Part shown: one piece after another, positions 13,161-27,345 of the stretch
How the letters are laid out: each line of letters opens with the position of its first letter
Numbering within the stretch: the stretch's first letter is position 1
Source: Squalus acanthias
Lineage: Eukaryota
Length of the DNA: 64,000 nucleotides
Assembly (NCBI GenBank): GCA_030390025.1
Contig: CM059450.1
Coordinates: 16,740,001 to 16,804,000, forward strand
Reading direction: 5' to 3'
Made by a program: the position numbers and the translations under genes
Notes under the pieces: model-generated
What the model was told of the DNA's origin: nothing
Databases searched by the model: none
Seen by the model: the letters and a program-made list of their open reading frames with translations, nothing else

Positions 13161-14009
13161 TCAGGTAGTGCAGGGTTGATCCAGGACAGCTGGTGAATGA
13201 TGTCTGGTGTCTGGGAAGCAGTGGCCAAAGCTTTCAGTGCTCTTCACTGTCACTGTCTGCTGAGTCTTTGGTGTTGTGCTTCTGATACTGACTGTCCTGC
13301 CAAGGATTCTGTTAGCTGGTGTTCTAAATCCCATTTTCCCCTCTGGCATCTTGACCTTCTGCTCAGAAATAGGAGAAGAGCAGAAACTGGGGCAGTGGCG
13401 AACAGTGATGAGACAACGTCTGGGGTGGCAGGAGCAATGGAGCATCCAGGAAGTTGAAAGCAGCGGTGCCCCAGGTGGCAAAGGTGCCATCCTTAGGTCC
13501 TCTGTGTAAATAGGAGCCAACATTTGAGGCCTGCGTACCACCAGTCTTAAAACCAGAAGTTGGCAAAACTAATGCACAGCTTCTTTCTGTCTCTTTAAAA
13601 AAGTTTAACAAACTTTTTTTTTCTTGAAAACGAATTGCATTTAACTAGGTTAGGTAAAAGATAAGAGGGAGTGCAGCTCTTCCCAGTACTAGTTGGGCTT
13701 ATCTGAAGTTAACATGCAGATACAGCAAGCCATTAGGAAGGCAAATGGTCTGTTAGCCTTTATTGCAAGGGGATTGGAGTGTAAGAGCAAAGAAGTCTTG
13801 CTGTGATTATATAGGACTTTGGTGAGACCACACCTGGAGTACTGTGTACAGTTTTGGTCTCCTTACCTAAGGAAGGATATACTTGCCTTAGAGCGGGTGC
13901 AACGAAGGTTCACTAGATTGATTCCTGGGATGAGAGGGCTGTTCTCTTAGGAACTCCTCAGGAATCAATCTAGTGAACCTTCGTTGCACTCACTCTAAGG
14001 CAAGTATTT

Positions 14010-17000
14010 AACATTTCGGAAGGATAGACAGAAAGGAAAAGGAGGTGGGGTAGCTCTGTTAATAAAGGATGAGATCAGTACAATAGTGAAAAATTATCTT
14101 GGCTCGGAAGTTCCAGATGTAGAATCAATTTGGGTGGAGGTAAGAAATAGTAAGGGAAAGAAGTCACTGGTGGGAGTAGTCTATAGGCCCCCTAACAGTA
14201 GCTACACTATAGGACAGAGTATAAATCAAGAAATAATGGGGGTTTGTAAGAAAGGTACTGCAATAATCGTGGGTGATTTTAATCTTCATATAGATTGGAC
14301 GAATCAAATTGTCAAAAGCAGCCTTAAGGACGAGTTCATAGAGTGTATTCGGGAAGTTTCTTGGAACAATACGTTGTGGAACTGACCTGGGAACAGGCTA
14401 TTTTAGATCTGGTAATGTGTAATGAAACAAGATTAATGAATGATCTCATAGTAAAGGATCCTCTAGGGAAGAGTGATCATAACATGATAGAGTTCCTCAT
14501 TCAGTTTGAAGGTGAGAAACTTGGGTCTGAAACTAGAGTATTAAACTTAAATAAAGGCAATTACAAAGGTATGAGGAGAGAGTTGGCTGCAGTGGACTGG
14601 GAAAATAGATTAGAAGGTAAGATGGTAGAAAAGTAGTGGCAGACATTTAAAGAGATATTTCATGACTCTCAACAAAGATATATTTCAGTGAGAAAGAAAG
14701 ACTCGAAGAGAAGGATGAACCAACCTTGGCTAACCAAGGAAGTTAAGGATGGTATCAAATTGAAAGAAAAGGCATACAATGTTGCAAAGATTAATGGTAG
14801 GCCAGAAGATTGGGAAAATTTTAGAAACCAGCAAAGGATGACAAAAAAAATAAATAGAGGGAGAAAATAGCTCATGAGAGTAAACTAGCAAGAAATATAA
14901 AAACTGACAGTAAGAGCTTCTACAAGTATATAAAAAGGAAGAGAGTAGCTAAAGTAAACGTTGGTCCCTTAGAGGACAAGACTGGGGAAATAATAATGGG
15001 AAACAAGGAAATGGCAGAGGCATTGAACAAATATTTTGTATCTGTCTTCACAGTAGGGGACACTAAAAACATCCCAGTAATAGTAGAAAATCAAGGGGCA
15101 AAAGGGAGGGAGGAACTTAAAACAATCACTATCACTAGAGAAAAAGTGCTAGGCAAACTTATGGGTCTAAAGGCTGACAAGTCCCCTGGACCTGATGGCC
15201 TGCATCCTAGGGTCTTAAAAGAAGTGGCTACAGAGATAGTGGATGCATTGGTTGTAATCTTCCAAAATTCCCTTGACTCTGGAAAAGTCCCAGCGGATTG
15301 GAAAACTGCAAATGTAACGCCACTATTCAAGAAAGGAGGGAGACAGAAAGCAGGAAACTATAGGCCAGTTAGCCTAACATCTGTCATTGGCAAAATGCTC
15401 GAATCCATTATTAAGGAAGTAATAGCAGGGCATTTAGAAAATCATAATACAAACAGAGTCAACATGGTTTTATGAAAGGGAAATCATGTTTGACAAATCT
15501 ATTAGTTCTTTGAGGAGGTAATGAGTAGGGTAGATAAAGGGAAACCAGTAGATGTAGTGTATTTGGATTTCCAAAAGGCATTCGACAAGGTGCCACATAA
15601 AAGGTTATTGCATAAGATAAGAGCTCGTGGCATTGGGGATAATATATTAGATTGGATAGAGGACTGGCTAACTAACAGAAAACAGAGAGTCGGGATAAAT
15701 GGGTAATTTTCAGGATGGCAATCTGTAACTAGTGGGGTGCCAGAGGGATCAGTGCTGGGGCCTCAACTATTTTCAATCTATATTAATGACTTGAATAAAG
15801 GAAGCGAGTGTATTGTAGCCAAATTTGCAGATGATACAAAGATAGGTGAGAAAGCAAGTTGTGAGGAGGACATAGAGTCTGCAAAGGGATATAGATAGGT
15901 TAAGTGAGTGGGCAAGAATTTGGCAGATGGAGTATATTGTGGAAAAATGTGAAGTTATGAACTTTGGTAGGAAGAATAGAAAAGAAAAATATTATTTAAA
16001 TGGGGAGAGACTACAGAATGCGGCGGTACAGAGGGATCTGGGGGTCCTAGTACATGAAACACAAAACGTTAACGTGCAGGTGCAGCAAGTAATTAGGAAG
16101 GCAAATGGAATGTTGGCCTTTTTTTCAAGGGGGATAGAGTATAAAAGTAGGGAAGTCTTGCTACAACTGTGAGACCACACTTCGAGTACTGTGTACAGTT
16201 TTGGTCCCCTTATTTAAGGAGGGATATACTTGCATTGGAGGCAGTTCAGAGAAGGTTCACTCGGTTGATTCCTAGGATGGAAGGGTTGTTTTATGAGGAA
16301 AGGTTGAGCAGGTTGGGCCTATACTCATTGAAGTTTAGAAGAATGAGAGGTGATCTTATTGAAACATATAAGATTCTGAGGGGGTTGGACAGGGTAGGTG
16401 CTGAGGGGATGTTTCCCCTCGTGGGGGAATCTAGAACGAGGGGGCATAATGTGTGGGTTAGGTTGATTTGGCTATGATAAATTGACCCTTAGTGTTAGGG
16501 GGGATTAAATATGTGGGGTTATGGGGATAGGATGGGATATGTTAGGGGGAATTAAATACGTGGGGTTACGGGGGTAGGGTGGGATATGTGTACTGTGGGG
16601 ATTAAAGCAGGGACAGGGTACTGGATTTGGATGATCAGCCATGATCGTATTGAATGGCGGAGCAGGCTCGACGGGCCGAATGGCCTACTCCTGCTCCTAG
16701 ATTCTATGTTTCTATGTTTCTATGTTTCTATAATCTCAGAATAAGGGGTCGCCCATTTAAGACGGAGATGAGGAGGAATTTCTTCTCTGAGGGTCGTGAA
16801 TCTTTGCAATTCTTTACCCCAGAGAGCTGTGGAAGCTGAGTCATTGAATATATTCAAGGCTGAGATAGACAGATTTTTGAGCAACAGGGGAGTCAAGGGT
16901 TATTGGGAGCGGGCAGGAAAGTGGCATTGAGGCCAAAGTCGGATCAGCCATGATCTCATTAAATGGCGGAGCAGGCTCGAAGGGCCTACTCCTGCTCCTA

Positions 17001-17440
17001 TTTCTTATGTTCTTATGTATGAGTAGAATGGGTCTATATTCTCTGGAGTTTAAAAGAATGAGAGGTGATCTCATTGAAATGTATACAATTCTGAGAGGGC
17101 TTGACAGGTAGATGCTGAGAGGTTGTTTCCCTTGGCTGGAGAGTCTAGAACTAGGGGGCATAGTCTCAGGACAAGGGGTCGGCCATTTAGGGACCTGAGA
17201 TGAGGAGAAATTTCTTCACTGAGGGTTGTGAATCTTTGGAATTCTCAACCCCAGAGGGCTGCGGATGCTCATTTGATGATTATATTCAAGGCTGACATCG
17301 TTTAGATTTTTGGGCACTAAGGGAATCTAGGGATAGGGTGGGAGTTAAGGTAGAAGATCAGCCATGATCTTATTGAATGGTGGAGCAGGCTCGAGGGGCC
17401 GTATGGCCGACTCCTGCTCTTATTTCTTATGTTCTTGTGT
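14010..17440 (+). mobile_element. CR1 LINE ORF2 (EN-RT) with stops and frameshifts, an HE1-like insert near 16450-16730, and a second CR1 tail
   Basis: VVYRPPN, GDFNLH, ILDLVMCN..KSDH, SPGPDGLHPRVLKE, YLDFQKAFDKVPH, RRMRGDLIE. Confidence 0.9.
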
Positions 17441-18044
17441 TCTTAGCTGGATTGTCAGTGTGACCTGGGATCGGTCTGTGCTTGTGGTCATATTTATGTG
17501 TTTGCTCACTTTAGGGAAAAGAAGCCACATTCGGGACAGCCAAGGGCGTGTTGAAACTCAACTGTTAACTGAAGGATTAGAAACCAACGTCGTAAACTTA
17601 AAGGAGGAAGACTGAAACACGAAGGGGACCAATGTTCGGTGTAATTTTTTTTCGTGCGCTGGCCCATTCAAATTTTCGCGCATGCACGGTTATTTCCATT
17701 GAAAAGCCGGTGACTGGCCTGTGCGGGACCTCCAGAGCACTGTGTGGCCCACAGCTTAACGGGAGCGTTGGAGGGGAGAGGCTGTGGGCAATGAGTGTAA
17801 ATGCTAAAAGAGGCTCTGAGCATGTCTATGAATTATTTGGTACACATTTCATTTGATTGCTTTGAGTGATTATACTTTCAATGGTGACCGCAAATGGTCT
17901 CAAACGCTCTAAACTCCAAGCCTGTAAATGGCGTCCTGAACCTTACTGTGAATTGTGGAACATAATTTTCTTTCCATTTCTCCTCTCCTACCATGAAAGC
18001 ACTGACTCGTGCTGTGCCATGGTTACATGGGGGCCAGGCCAAAG

Positions 18045-19430
18045 TATTTTCTAAATGGTGAGAAGCAAGGAACTGTGGAGGAACAGAGAGAGATTTAGGG
18101 ATCCGAGTACAGAACTCACTAAAAGCTAGTGGATAGGTACAAAAAAAAAATTAAAAAGACGAATGGAATGTTGGCCTTTATCCCAAGGGGCCTGGAGTAC
18201 AAAGGGGTGGAAATTATGTTACAGTTATATAAAGTCCAACTCCAGAGACTTGAGTACAAAAATCTAGGCCGACACTCCAGTGCAGTACTGAGGGAGCGCT
18301 GCAACAACAACAACGTGTATTTATATAGCGCCTTTAACATAGTAAAACGTCCCAAGGCGCTTCACAGGAGTATTAAAAGACACAAAATTTGACACTGAGC
18401 CACATAAGGAGAAATTAGGGCAGGTGACCAAAATCTGGGTCAAAGAGGTAGGTTTTAAAGAGCATCTTAAAGGAGGAGAGAGAGGTAGAGAGGTTTAAGG
18501 AGGGAATTCAGAAACTTTAAGGTCTAGGCAACAGAAGGCACGGCCACCAATGGTTGCGCGATTATAATCTGGGATGCTCAAGAGGGCAGAATTAGAGGAG
18601 CGCAGATATCTCGGGGTTGTGGGGCTGAAGGAGATTACAGAGATAGGAATGGGGCGAGGCCATGGAGGAATTTGAAAACAAGGATGAGAATTTTGAAATC
18701 GAGGCGCTGCTTAACCGGGAGCCAGTGTAGGTCAGCGAGCACAGGGGTGATGGGTGAACGGGACTTGGTGCACTGTCGGAGGTGCCGTCTTTCGGATGAG
18801 ACGTTAAACCGAGGGACTGCACTTCAAAAGTATTTCATTGGCTGTAAAGCACTTTGGGACATTCTGAGGTCATGAAAGGCGCTATATAAATGCAAGTTTT
18901 TCTTTCTTTTGGTTAGACTCTATTTAGAGTACTGTGTTCAGTTCTGGGCACTGCACCTCATTGGCCTGGCTGGGGGGGGGGGGGGGGTGCAGTGCAGTGC
19001 AGATTGACCAGAATGATACCAGGGCTGAAAGGGTTAAATTATGAGGCTAGGATACATAGACTAGGCTTGTATGCCCTTGAATATAGAAGATTAAGGGGTG
19101 ATCTAATAGAGATGATTAAAGGATTTGATAGGGTAGATAGAGAGACTCTTTCCTCTGGTGGGGGATTCCGGAACAAGGGGACATAACCTTAAATTTAGAG
19201 CTAGGTCATCCACAGGTGATGTCAGGAAGCACTTCTTCACCCAAAAAGCTGTTGAGGCTGGGGGTCAACTGAAAATTTCAAAACTGAGATTGATAGATTT
19301 TTGTTGGGCAAGGGTAGTAAGCGTTACGGAACCAAGGCGGGCAAATGGAGTTAAGATACAGATCAGCCATGATCTAATTGAATGGCAGAACAGGCTCGAG
19401 GGATTGAATGGCCTCCTTATGTTCCTAGAG
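18045..19430 (+). mobile_element. CR1 3' fragment with nested DeuSINE pieces and an inverted L2 fragment (18303-18770)
   Basis: NGMLAFIPRGLEYKG; RRLRGDLIE; SINE core split around the L2 tail. Confidence 0.7.
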
Positions 19431-20545
19431 ACCCTTCAAATCTTGCCCAAGTAGCCTATGCTTGATGTGTGGCTAGACAGTGAGTATTGGCTGACTATTC
19501 AATGGTTGGGGCCATGACAGCTGAGACAATAATCTGCTCACCCAATGTCCACGGACAATCAGGACAGGGAGATCTAGCTAACGTTTCCTGTCCCTGGCCT
19601 AGGTACGCTGAGGTCAATTGTAATGTCCTAGCTGGAGCCCCGACTAAGATCCACTAACTCAGCACAAAACAAATCGCATAGTAGGCTTTTAATTGGATGA
19701 GTGAATGAATATGCTCTGAATGATCGCTGTAAATGTGTTCTTAACTTGGTGACTTAAGTTTCAGGTATTTAACTGGATTTGTTCACTTTGAAAGAGTCGG
19801 ATAGACAACCAACCTTAAAGTGTTGAACTTTGTTGGATATGGTGGAACTGGGATGGAAAAAAGTGGACTTATGGTTGTGAAAAATGCTGGGTAATGCCAT
19901 TGAAGATCTGTATCACCAAGGCCCTGTACCGATGAACAGATGTTGCTGGCTAGTGAACATCCTGTTGAGGGTATTTGACCATTTCATGGCTTTGACAGGC
20001 TATTGATACATAAATTATGTTTTCTGAGGACTTGCTGCTGAAACCTGAGCCATCTCGAACATTGCCTGTAATTAATGGCCAATGACCCTGGAATTGGGAA
20101 TCCCATGAATTGATGGCAAGTACTGAACTGTTTAAAGGGAAAGGAGGCAGTGAACTACATTTGCTATTAAATCTTCATTGTTGCTAATTTGAACCAATGA
20201 CTATCATTCATGATCTGCTCTAGATGAAAGCATACCTGAGCCTAGCATAGAGTTCCAATGGACCAACCCATTCTAATTCACTTCATTACACAGAATTCCA
20301 GTAGACCAAGGTGCTTCTGATTCACTCTCATTGCATAGAACTCCGGTGGAGCAAACCCATAGTTATCCAGGAGGATCCCAGATCGCTTGTCGTAGTTCCT
20401 GATTCCTGATGTTGCAGGTAAAGCGCCTGACTGCACCATTCCAGATGTGGCAATTGAACACACAGTCAGGAGGTTTCCTAGGATCCTCATAGATAGATCA
20501 GGACACTTGTAAGGTATGTTATCTATTCTATTCACTCCTAAACGT

Positions 20546-20960
20546 GTCAGCCATGGCTCAGTGGGTAGCACTCTCACCTCCAAGATTGGGGGGGTTCAAG
20601 TCCCACCCCAGAGACCTGAGCGCACAAATCTAGGCTGACACTCCAGTGCAGTGCAGAGAGAGTGCTGCACTGTCGGAGGTGCCGTCTTTCAGATGTGACG
20701 TTAAACCGAGGCCCCGTCTGCTCTTTCGGGTGGGCGTAAAAGATCCCATGGCATTATTGTGAAGAAGAGCAGGGGAGTTATCCCCAGTGTCCTGACCAAT
20801 ATTTATCCCTCAATCAACATAACAAACAGATTATCCGGTCATTATCACATTGCTGTTTGTGGGAGCTTGCTGTGTGCAAATTGGCTGCCGCGTTTCCTAT
20901 ATTACAACAGTGACTACACTTCAAAAGTACTTCATTGGCTGTAAAGCACTTTGAAGTTGT
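20546..20960 (+). mobile_element. DeuSINE / SacSINE1-like SINE, full length with tRNA-like head
   Basis: A box tggctcagtggg and B box ggttcaagtcc, followed by the shared core. Confidence 0.8.
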
Positions 20961-21212
20961 GAAAGCTGCTGTAGAATCCAAGTCTCTCTCTTTCTAAAAT
21001 GGAGATTGATGGATTCAAAACTGAGATAGGCAAGGGTATTATGGGTTACCAAACCAAGAAGAGTAGATGGAATTAAGATACAGATTAACCATGATCTAAC
21101 TGAATGGTGGAACAGGTTCAAGAGGCTGAATGGCCTCCTCCTACGTTCGTTTGTTCCATTATGTAAAATTTTAAAAATCCTACCCACTCTCCGTTCAGCT
21201 CGATTACACATT

Positions 21213-21685
21213 TGTAAGAAATCGTGAATTGGAAGAAATAACTTGAGACAAAAAAAGTCTCTTCAGACCGGTGATAGAATAACTGGATGGACGCTTAGAA
21301 TTTGCTGCTGTTCTTGGTTCCCTGCGGATGTTCTGACATTCTGCACCGTGGCGGGGACCTTGTTTCCAGACCAGCTGTTTGTGTGCTGGAAAGGTTGTTG
21401 ACTGTATCTTTGATAATCTACCCTAGGCCCACCCCTAAAAAGAGAGTAAAAGATATCTAAAGAGCTTTTAGCACAAGAGGAAGGGAAGGGAAGAGCTGTT
21501 CGCGTACGCCAGCCGTCTGTCTGATCGGGACCGATACCAGCCGCTTGTCACGGTCGTATGTCTACTGTGTCTAGCTTGATCACGTGTTGTACTTAACTTA
21601 AAACTGCCGCTCCTTAATAAAATGCCTTACAACTCCTAAGAGCCTTTTGGGTAATCCGTGTGTGACCTGTGATCCAAATCTTACA
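21213..21685 (+). mobile_element. Solo LTR (473 bp)
   Basis: TGTAAGA...TCTTACA terminal inverted repeat, 4-bp TSD CATT on both sides, AATAAA at 21616. Confidence 0.85.
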
Positions 21686-23919
21686 CATTGGTCATTAGTT
21701 CATAACTGTGCAAGTTGATTCTGACCAGGTCACTTCATGTATAAGGCTTGGCTACTCCCTTGGTGAACCCGGCCTTCGGTTATTGAGCCCAGCTCAGGAG
21801 TGGAGGCCAGCTCCATGGGCGTACAGGAAACGAAGGGTAAAGTTAATGTTTATAAGTAAACTAAAGAAGCAATAAGCTAAAACGAATGTTAGGATAAGTA
21901 ACATCGGTAAGAAATAATATAAAGTTGTTTTTTTTATTTATTCGTTCCTGGGATGTGGACGTCACTGGCAAGGCCAGCATTTATTGCCTATCCCTAAATA
22001 CCCTTGAGGAGGTGGTGGACCACCACCTTCTTGAACCGCTGCAGTCCGTGTATTGTTTTTCGTAGTGGTTTGGTACAACTTGCTAGGCCATTTCAGAGGG
22101 CAGTTAAGAGTCACATATAGGCCAGACCAGGTAAGGACAGCAGATTTCCTTCCTGAAAGGACATTAGCAAACCAGATGGGTTTTTATGACCATCTAATAG
22201 TTTCATGGTCACCATTACTGATACTAGTGCTTTATTCCAGATTTGTTTAATTAACTGAATTTAAATTCCCCAGCTGCCATGGTGGGATTTGAACTCATGT
22301 CTCCGGATCATTAGTCCAGGCCTCTGAATTACTCGTGCTGTAACATAACCACTATGCTACCGTACCCGCAAGTAAAGACAAAAATAGAGAAACTGGGAAA
22401 GGGAGAGAGTGGGGAAACATGCAAGAGACGGGGAGATATAAAAATTCTAAACGTTATTTTTCTCTTCTTGCCAGTGTTCTCTTGGGGTACAGGTCCAAAA
22501 GCAGCGATTGCCTATTGGTCCGTCGATGACGTGACTGCTCTTCTATGTGAGCCTTATCTGCGCGTGATGTCCAGTTATCCGGCCACAGGAGGCATTACGG
22601 CCTGTCCTGGCCCAATGTCCACTCACGTGCCCCTCCAGCAGGAGTCACTGGACAACAATCGGGACGTTTTTTAATTTGAATGTTCCCCTCTCTACCTCGG
22701 GGGGGGCACTGAAGCCAGATGTAGAGCTTCGACTGCTACTACAGCTGAGACCAGGGGGTTAAGTGTAGGATGTTCCGAGCCAGCATGGATCAGCTTGTGA
22801 CTGGGGAAAACTCATTCGGCCAGGGACGAGCCTATAAATTATTTTAATATTACAGTAAGACATCAGAGCAGCGAAGCGGTTTCTTGCATGTGTAAGCTAC
22901 AGAGATTTTCCTCTTCCCTGTGCCCGAGGAATTGCCACGTGCAAGGCAGAGGAACCAGTGGTAGAGACACATTGCGCCAGCTGTCCATCCTTATTGCACT
23001 GCCCCAGGATTTCCTCGAGATTCCAAGTGGGTAGCACTGGGCCTGTAGTAGACAAAGGCCCAGCGTAGTTATTGTAACAAAGCAGAAGAGGACCTCGCCT
23101 GCGTCCTGCCTCACTATCCTCTGGGTACGCTCGCTGTCCACCTCGGCGCGGGAACGCCCGTGCAACCTGACACTGCCGGACTGGGAGCCAATGTAGGTCG
23201 AGAACAGGTAGACAAGTTGCCACACTTAATTTTGAGACTCACCCACCCCGGGATATTTTGAGACAATCCCTGGTGTTCTCGCTGCTGATCTCCATCAGCC
23301 TGCAGACGGCCCTGATCTTGAAGGCGTGAGAGATCAGCAGATACTTTTAAAGGTGCAATGCCCAACCGAGGGGGCTGTTCTGCACCTGCGATTTCCCCCA
23401 GGCCATACAAATGGTTCAGGGGGAGGAAAAAGGCATGTACCCTTTTACTCTTGGGTACCTAGACAGTAAATTTGACTCTTTAGTCCAGTGGAATTTCTTG
23501 GAGCTGCTGCCACTCTGAGGGTTAAAAAAAAATTAAATGAATAAAGGGTACTGTAGCATAGTGGTCCATTTTTGACTTGTGCCATCTACAGGTTAGATTT
23601 AGTTTTGCATCTAATAATACAAATTGATTGGACTAATTTGCTCAGATCTTGAATGTGGTTACTTCTGAATTAATGATAATTCTCTTCCTGCAAAAATCAC
23701 TCCAGTTAATCAACAACATATTTACTGTTGAACTTTAAATGTCAGTATTACATTTCTAATAAACACTTGAGGTATTGTTCAGAGTTTCCTTCCACTATGT
23801 GATCTTGCTTAGCTGGACTTCAGTTATGCATGCATTTAATTATTCACCCCCCCCCCCCCCCCCTTTTCCCTCCTTGCCAATTATCTTCTCCATGTTATTT
23901 CTTCGTGGAAAAGACTACA

Positions 23920-25890
23920 GAATCATCGAATCATAGAATCAGAGGGACCTTGGAGTGCATGTCCACGGATCCCTGAAGGTAGCAGGACAGGTAGACAGGT
24001 GGTTAAGAAGGCATATGGGATACTTTCCTTTATCAGCTGAGGCATAGAATATAAGAGTGGGGAGGTTGTGCTTGAACTATATAAGGATTTAGTTTGGCTG
24101 TAGCAAGGATACTGCGTGCAGTTCTGGTCACCACTTTACAGGAAGGATGTGATTGCACTGGAGGGGGTGCAGAGGAGATTTACGAGGATATTGCCTGGGC
24201 TGGGGAATTTTAGCTATGAGGAAAGATTGGATAGGCTGGGGTTGTTTTCTTAGGAACAGAGGAGGCTGAGAGGGGACCTAATTGAGGTGTATAAAATTAT
24301 GAGGGGCCTAGATAGAGTGGATAGGAAGGAACTATTTCCCTTAGCAGAAGGGTCAATAACCAGGGGGCATAGATTTAAAGTAATTGGTAGAAGGATTAGA
24401 GGGGATTTGAGGAGAAATTTTTTCACCCAGAGGGTGGTGGGGGTCTGGAACTCACTGCCTGAAAGGGTGGTAGAGGCAGAGCCCCTCATCACATTTAAAA
24501 AGTACTTGGATATGCTCTTGAAGTGCCGTAACCTACAGGGCTACGGACCAAGTGCTGGAAAGTGGGATTAGGCTGGGATTGCTCTTTGTCAGCCGGCATG
24601 GACAAGATGGGCCAAATGGCCTCCTTCTGTGCTGTAAATTTCTATGATTCTGTGAATGATACAGCACAGAAGGCGGCCATTCGGCCCATCATGCATGTGT
24701 CGGCTCTTTGAAAGTTATTATTGGATCTGCTTCCACCACCCTTTCAGGCAGTGTGTGCCAGATCCCTAAGCTCTGGGTGCCCATGGAGTTGAGGGCAGAT
24801 TATTGACCTGGTTAGGGAATTGGCTGAGCAGCAGGAAACAGAGTAGGGATAATGGGCAGGTACTCTAATTGGCAGGAGGTGACTAGTGGTGTCCTGCAGG
24901 GATCTGTGTTGGGGCCTCAACTATTCACAATATTTATTAACGACTTAGGTGATGGCATAGAAAGTCATATATCCAAATTTGCCGATGACACAAAGATAGG
25001 TGGCATTGTAGGCAGTGTAGATGAAAGCATAAAATTACAAGGGGATATTGATAGATTAAGTGAATGGGCAAAACTGTGGTAAATGGATTTCAATGTAAGC
25101 AAATGTGAGGTCATCCACTTTGGACCTAAAAAGGATACAACAGGGTACTTTCTAAATGGTGAAAAGCTAAAAACAGTGGATGTCCAAAAAGACTTGGGGG
25201 TCCAGGTACATCGATCATTAAAATATCATGAACAGGTACAGAAAATAATCAAAAAGGCTAATGGGATGCTGGCCTTTATATCTAGAGGACTAGAATACAA
25301 GGGGCAGAAGTTATGCTGCAGCTACACAAAGCCCTGGTTAGACCACACCTGGAGTACTGTAAGCAGTTCTGGGCACCACACCTTAGGAAGGATATATTGG
25401 CCTTTGAGGGAGTGCAGCGTAGGTTTACCAGAATGATGCCCGGACTTCAAGGGTTAAGTTACGAGGAGAGATTACACAAATTAGGGCTGTACTCCCTAGA
25501 ATTTAGAAGGTTAAGGGGTGATCTGATCGAAGTTTTCAGGGTATTAAGGGGAACAGATAGGGTAGACAGAGAGAAACTATTTCCGCTGGTTGGGGAGTCG
25601 AGGACCAGGGGGCATAGCCTAAAAATTAGAGCCAGACCTTTCAGGAGTGAAATTAGGAAACACTTCTACACACAAAGGGTGGTAGATGTTTGGAACTCTC
25701 TTCCGCAAACAGCAATTGATGCTAGATCAATTGTTAATTTTAAATCGGAGGTTGATAGCTTTCTGTTAACCAAAGGTATTAAGGGATACGGGGCAAAGGC
25801 GGGTATATGGAGTTAGGGCACAGATCAGCCATGATCTCCTCAAATGGCGGAACAGGCTCGAGGGGCTGAATGGCCTCCTCCTGCTCCTAT
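23920..25890 (+). mobile_element. Two tandem CR1 3' fragments (about 23940-24650 and 24790-25890)
   Basis: RNFFTQRVVGVWNSLP; [25 protein letters not shown]; RRLRGDL. Confidence 0.85.
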
Positions 25891-25942
25891 GTTTTGAGTT
25901 GATCAGCTGGAGGCCTTCGTTTATTGGGCCACAACAAACCAA

Positions 25943-26784
25943 GGGGTAGAGTTTCTGCTTTGGATGCAATCGGCAATCCTGCCGCAAATTGTGCTGGTTT
26001 TGAGAAGTGTTTGTTTCCTGAGTTTCCGCTCAAACTCATTTGCATATTGCCAAACGCAAAATCTGCCATGAACCAGCGCAATCGGGCAGCGTTTTAAAAC
26101 TTAATTTTATTCCTCTGTTTAAGAGTGGTAATTTGGTGCAGTTTGATGAACAACAACTTGTATTTATATAGCGCCTTTAACGTAGTAAAACGTCCCAAGG
26201 TGCTTCACAGGAGTGTTACAAGACAAAAAAAACTTGACACCGAGCCACATGAGGAGAAATTAGGGCAGATGACCAAAGCTTGGTCGAAGAGGTAGGTTTT
26301 AAGGAGTATCTTAAAGGAGGAAAGAGAGGCTAACACAGCTGCAAATGCGTTTATCACGAAAAATAAGCCTTTTTAAATCACCTGTGAGTAACCCAATTTT
26401 AAATTACTGAAAACTACTTTAAAAAAAAAAATATATACAGAACCATTTGCTGGTTATATTGGGCTACAGTAGTCAGTTTTAGTAAATTAAAAAATTATAT
26501 TCAAAAGCTTTTAAAATGTGCCTATTAGTGTCCTTGCGCCCAAAAGATCCAGCTTAATTTTTGAAGGCCCTCAAACGAGCGCAATTAGTGGAAACTCCCA
26601 ATGGTGATCGATTCATCCTGGCCAGTTTGTTTTGATTTTTAAATTAGTGCAAAGATCACAAAAACTCTTCTTTGCGCTGGACGTAATATGCGCTTAAAAT
26701 TCCGGTGATTTTTGCACCGGTTTCGCCAATTTTGGTCTAATTACGCCAAAAAATCCAGCCCAACCGAGCGGAAACTCCCGACCC
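25943..26784. mobile_element. Harbinger-like non-autonomous element with an L2 tail inserted (26150-26330)
   Basis: Imperfect TIRs ggggtagagtttctgc / gcggaaactcccgaccc with a 3-bp flank duplication (caa or aag). Confidence 0.6.
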
Positions 26785-26889
26785 AAGTGCCTATTTGGAT
26801 CAGTCACTAGGATGTACTTATTCACTGCTAACCATTTACCGGTGTTGGATTGACTAATAGACGATGCACATTAGTTAGCATCATTTGAG

Positions 26890-27345
26890 GAAAGGTTGAC
26901 TTATGAAGAAAGGTTGAGCAGGTTGGGCCTATACTCATTGGAATTTAGAAGAATGAGAGGTGATCTTATTGAAACATATAAGATACTGAGGGGGCTCGAC
27001 AAGGTAGATGCAGAGAGGATGTTTCCCCTCGTGGGGAAATCTAGAACTCGGGGGCACAGTTTCAGAATAAAGGGTCGCCCTTTTAGAACTGAGATGAGGA
27101 GGAATTTCTTCTCTGAGGGTTGTAAATCTGTGGAATTCTCTGCCCCAGAGAGCTGTGGAGGCTGGGTCATTAAATACATTTACGGTGGAGATAGACAGAT
27201 TTTTGCAAGATAAGGGAGTGAAGGGTTATGGGGAGCGGGCAGGGAAGTGGCTTTGAGCCCAAGATCAGCCATGATCTTATTGAATGGCGGAGCAGGCTCG
27301 AGGGGCCAAGTGGCCTATTTCTGCTCCTATTTCTTATGTTCTTAT
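26890..27345 (+). mobile_element. Young CR1 3' tail, near-identical to 39340-39790
   Basis: YEERLSRLGLYSLEFRRMRGDLIETYK; ends in (ttcttatg)n. Confidence 0.9.

Noticed and set aside
19740-20520. Coding-looking unique region, possibly a decayed pseudogene
   Set aside because: No recognisable protein in any frame; needs BLASTx
20546-20610. tRNA genes at SINE heads
   Set aside because: A and B boxes run directly into the SINE body; no complete cloverleaf
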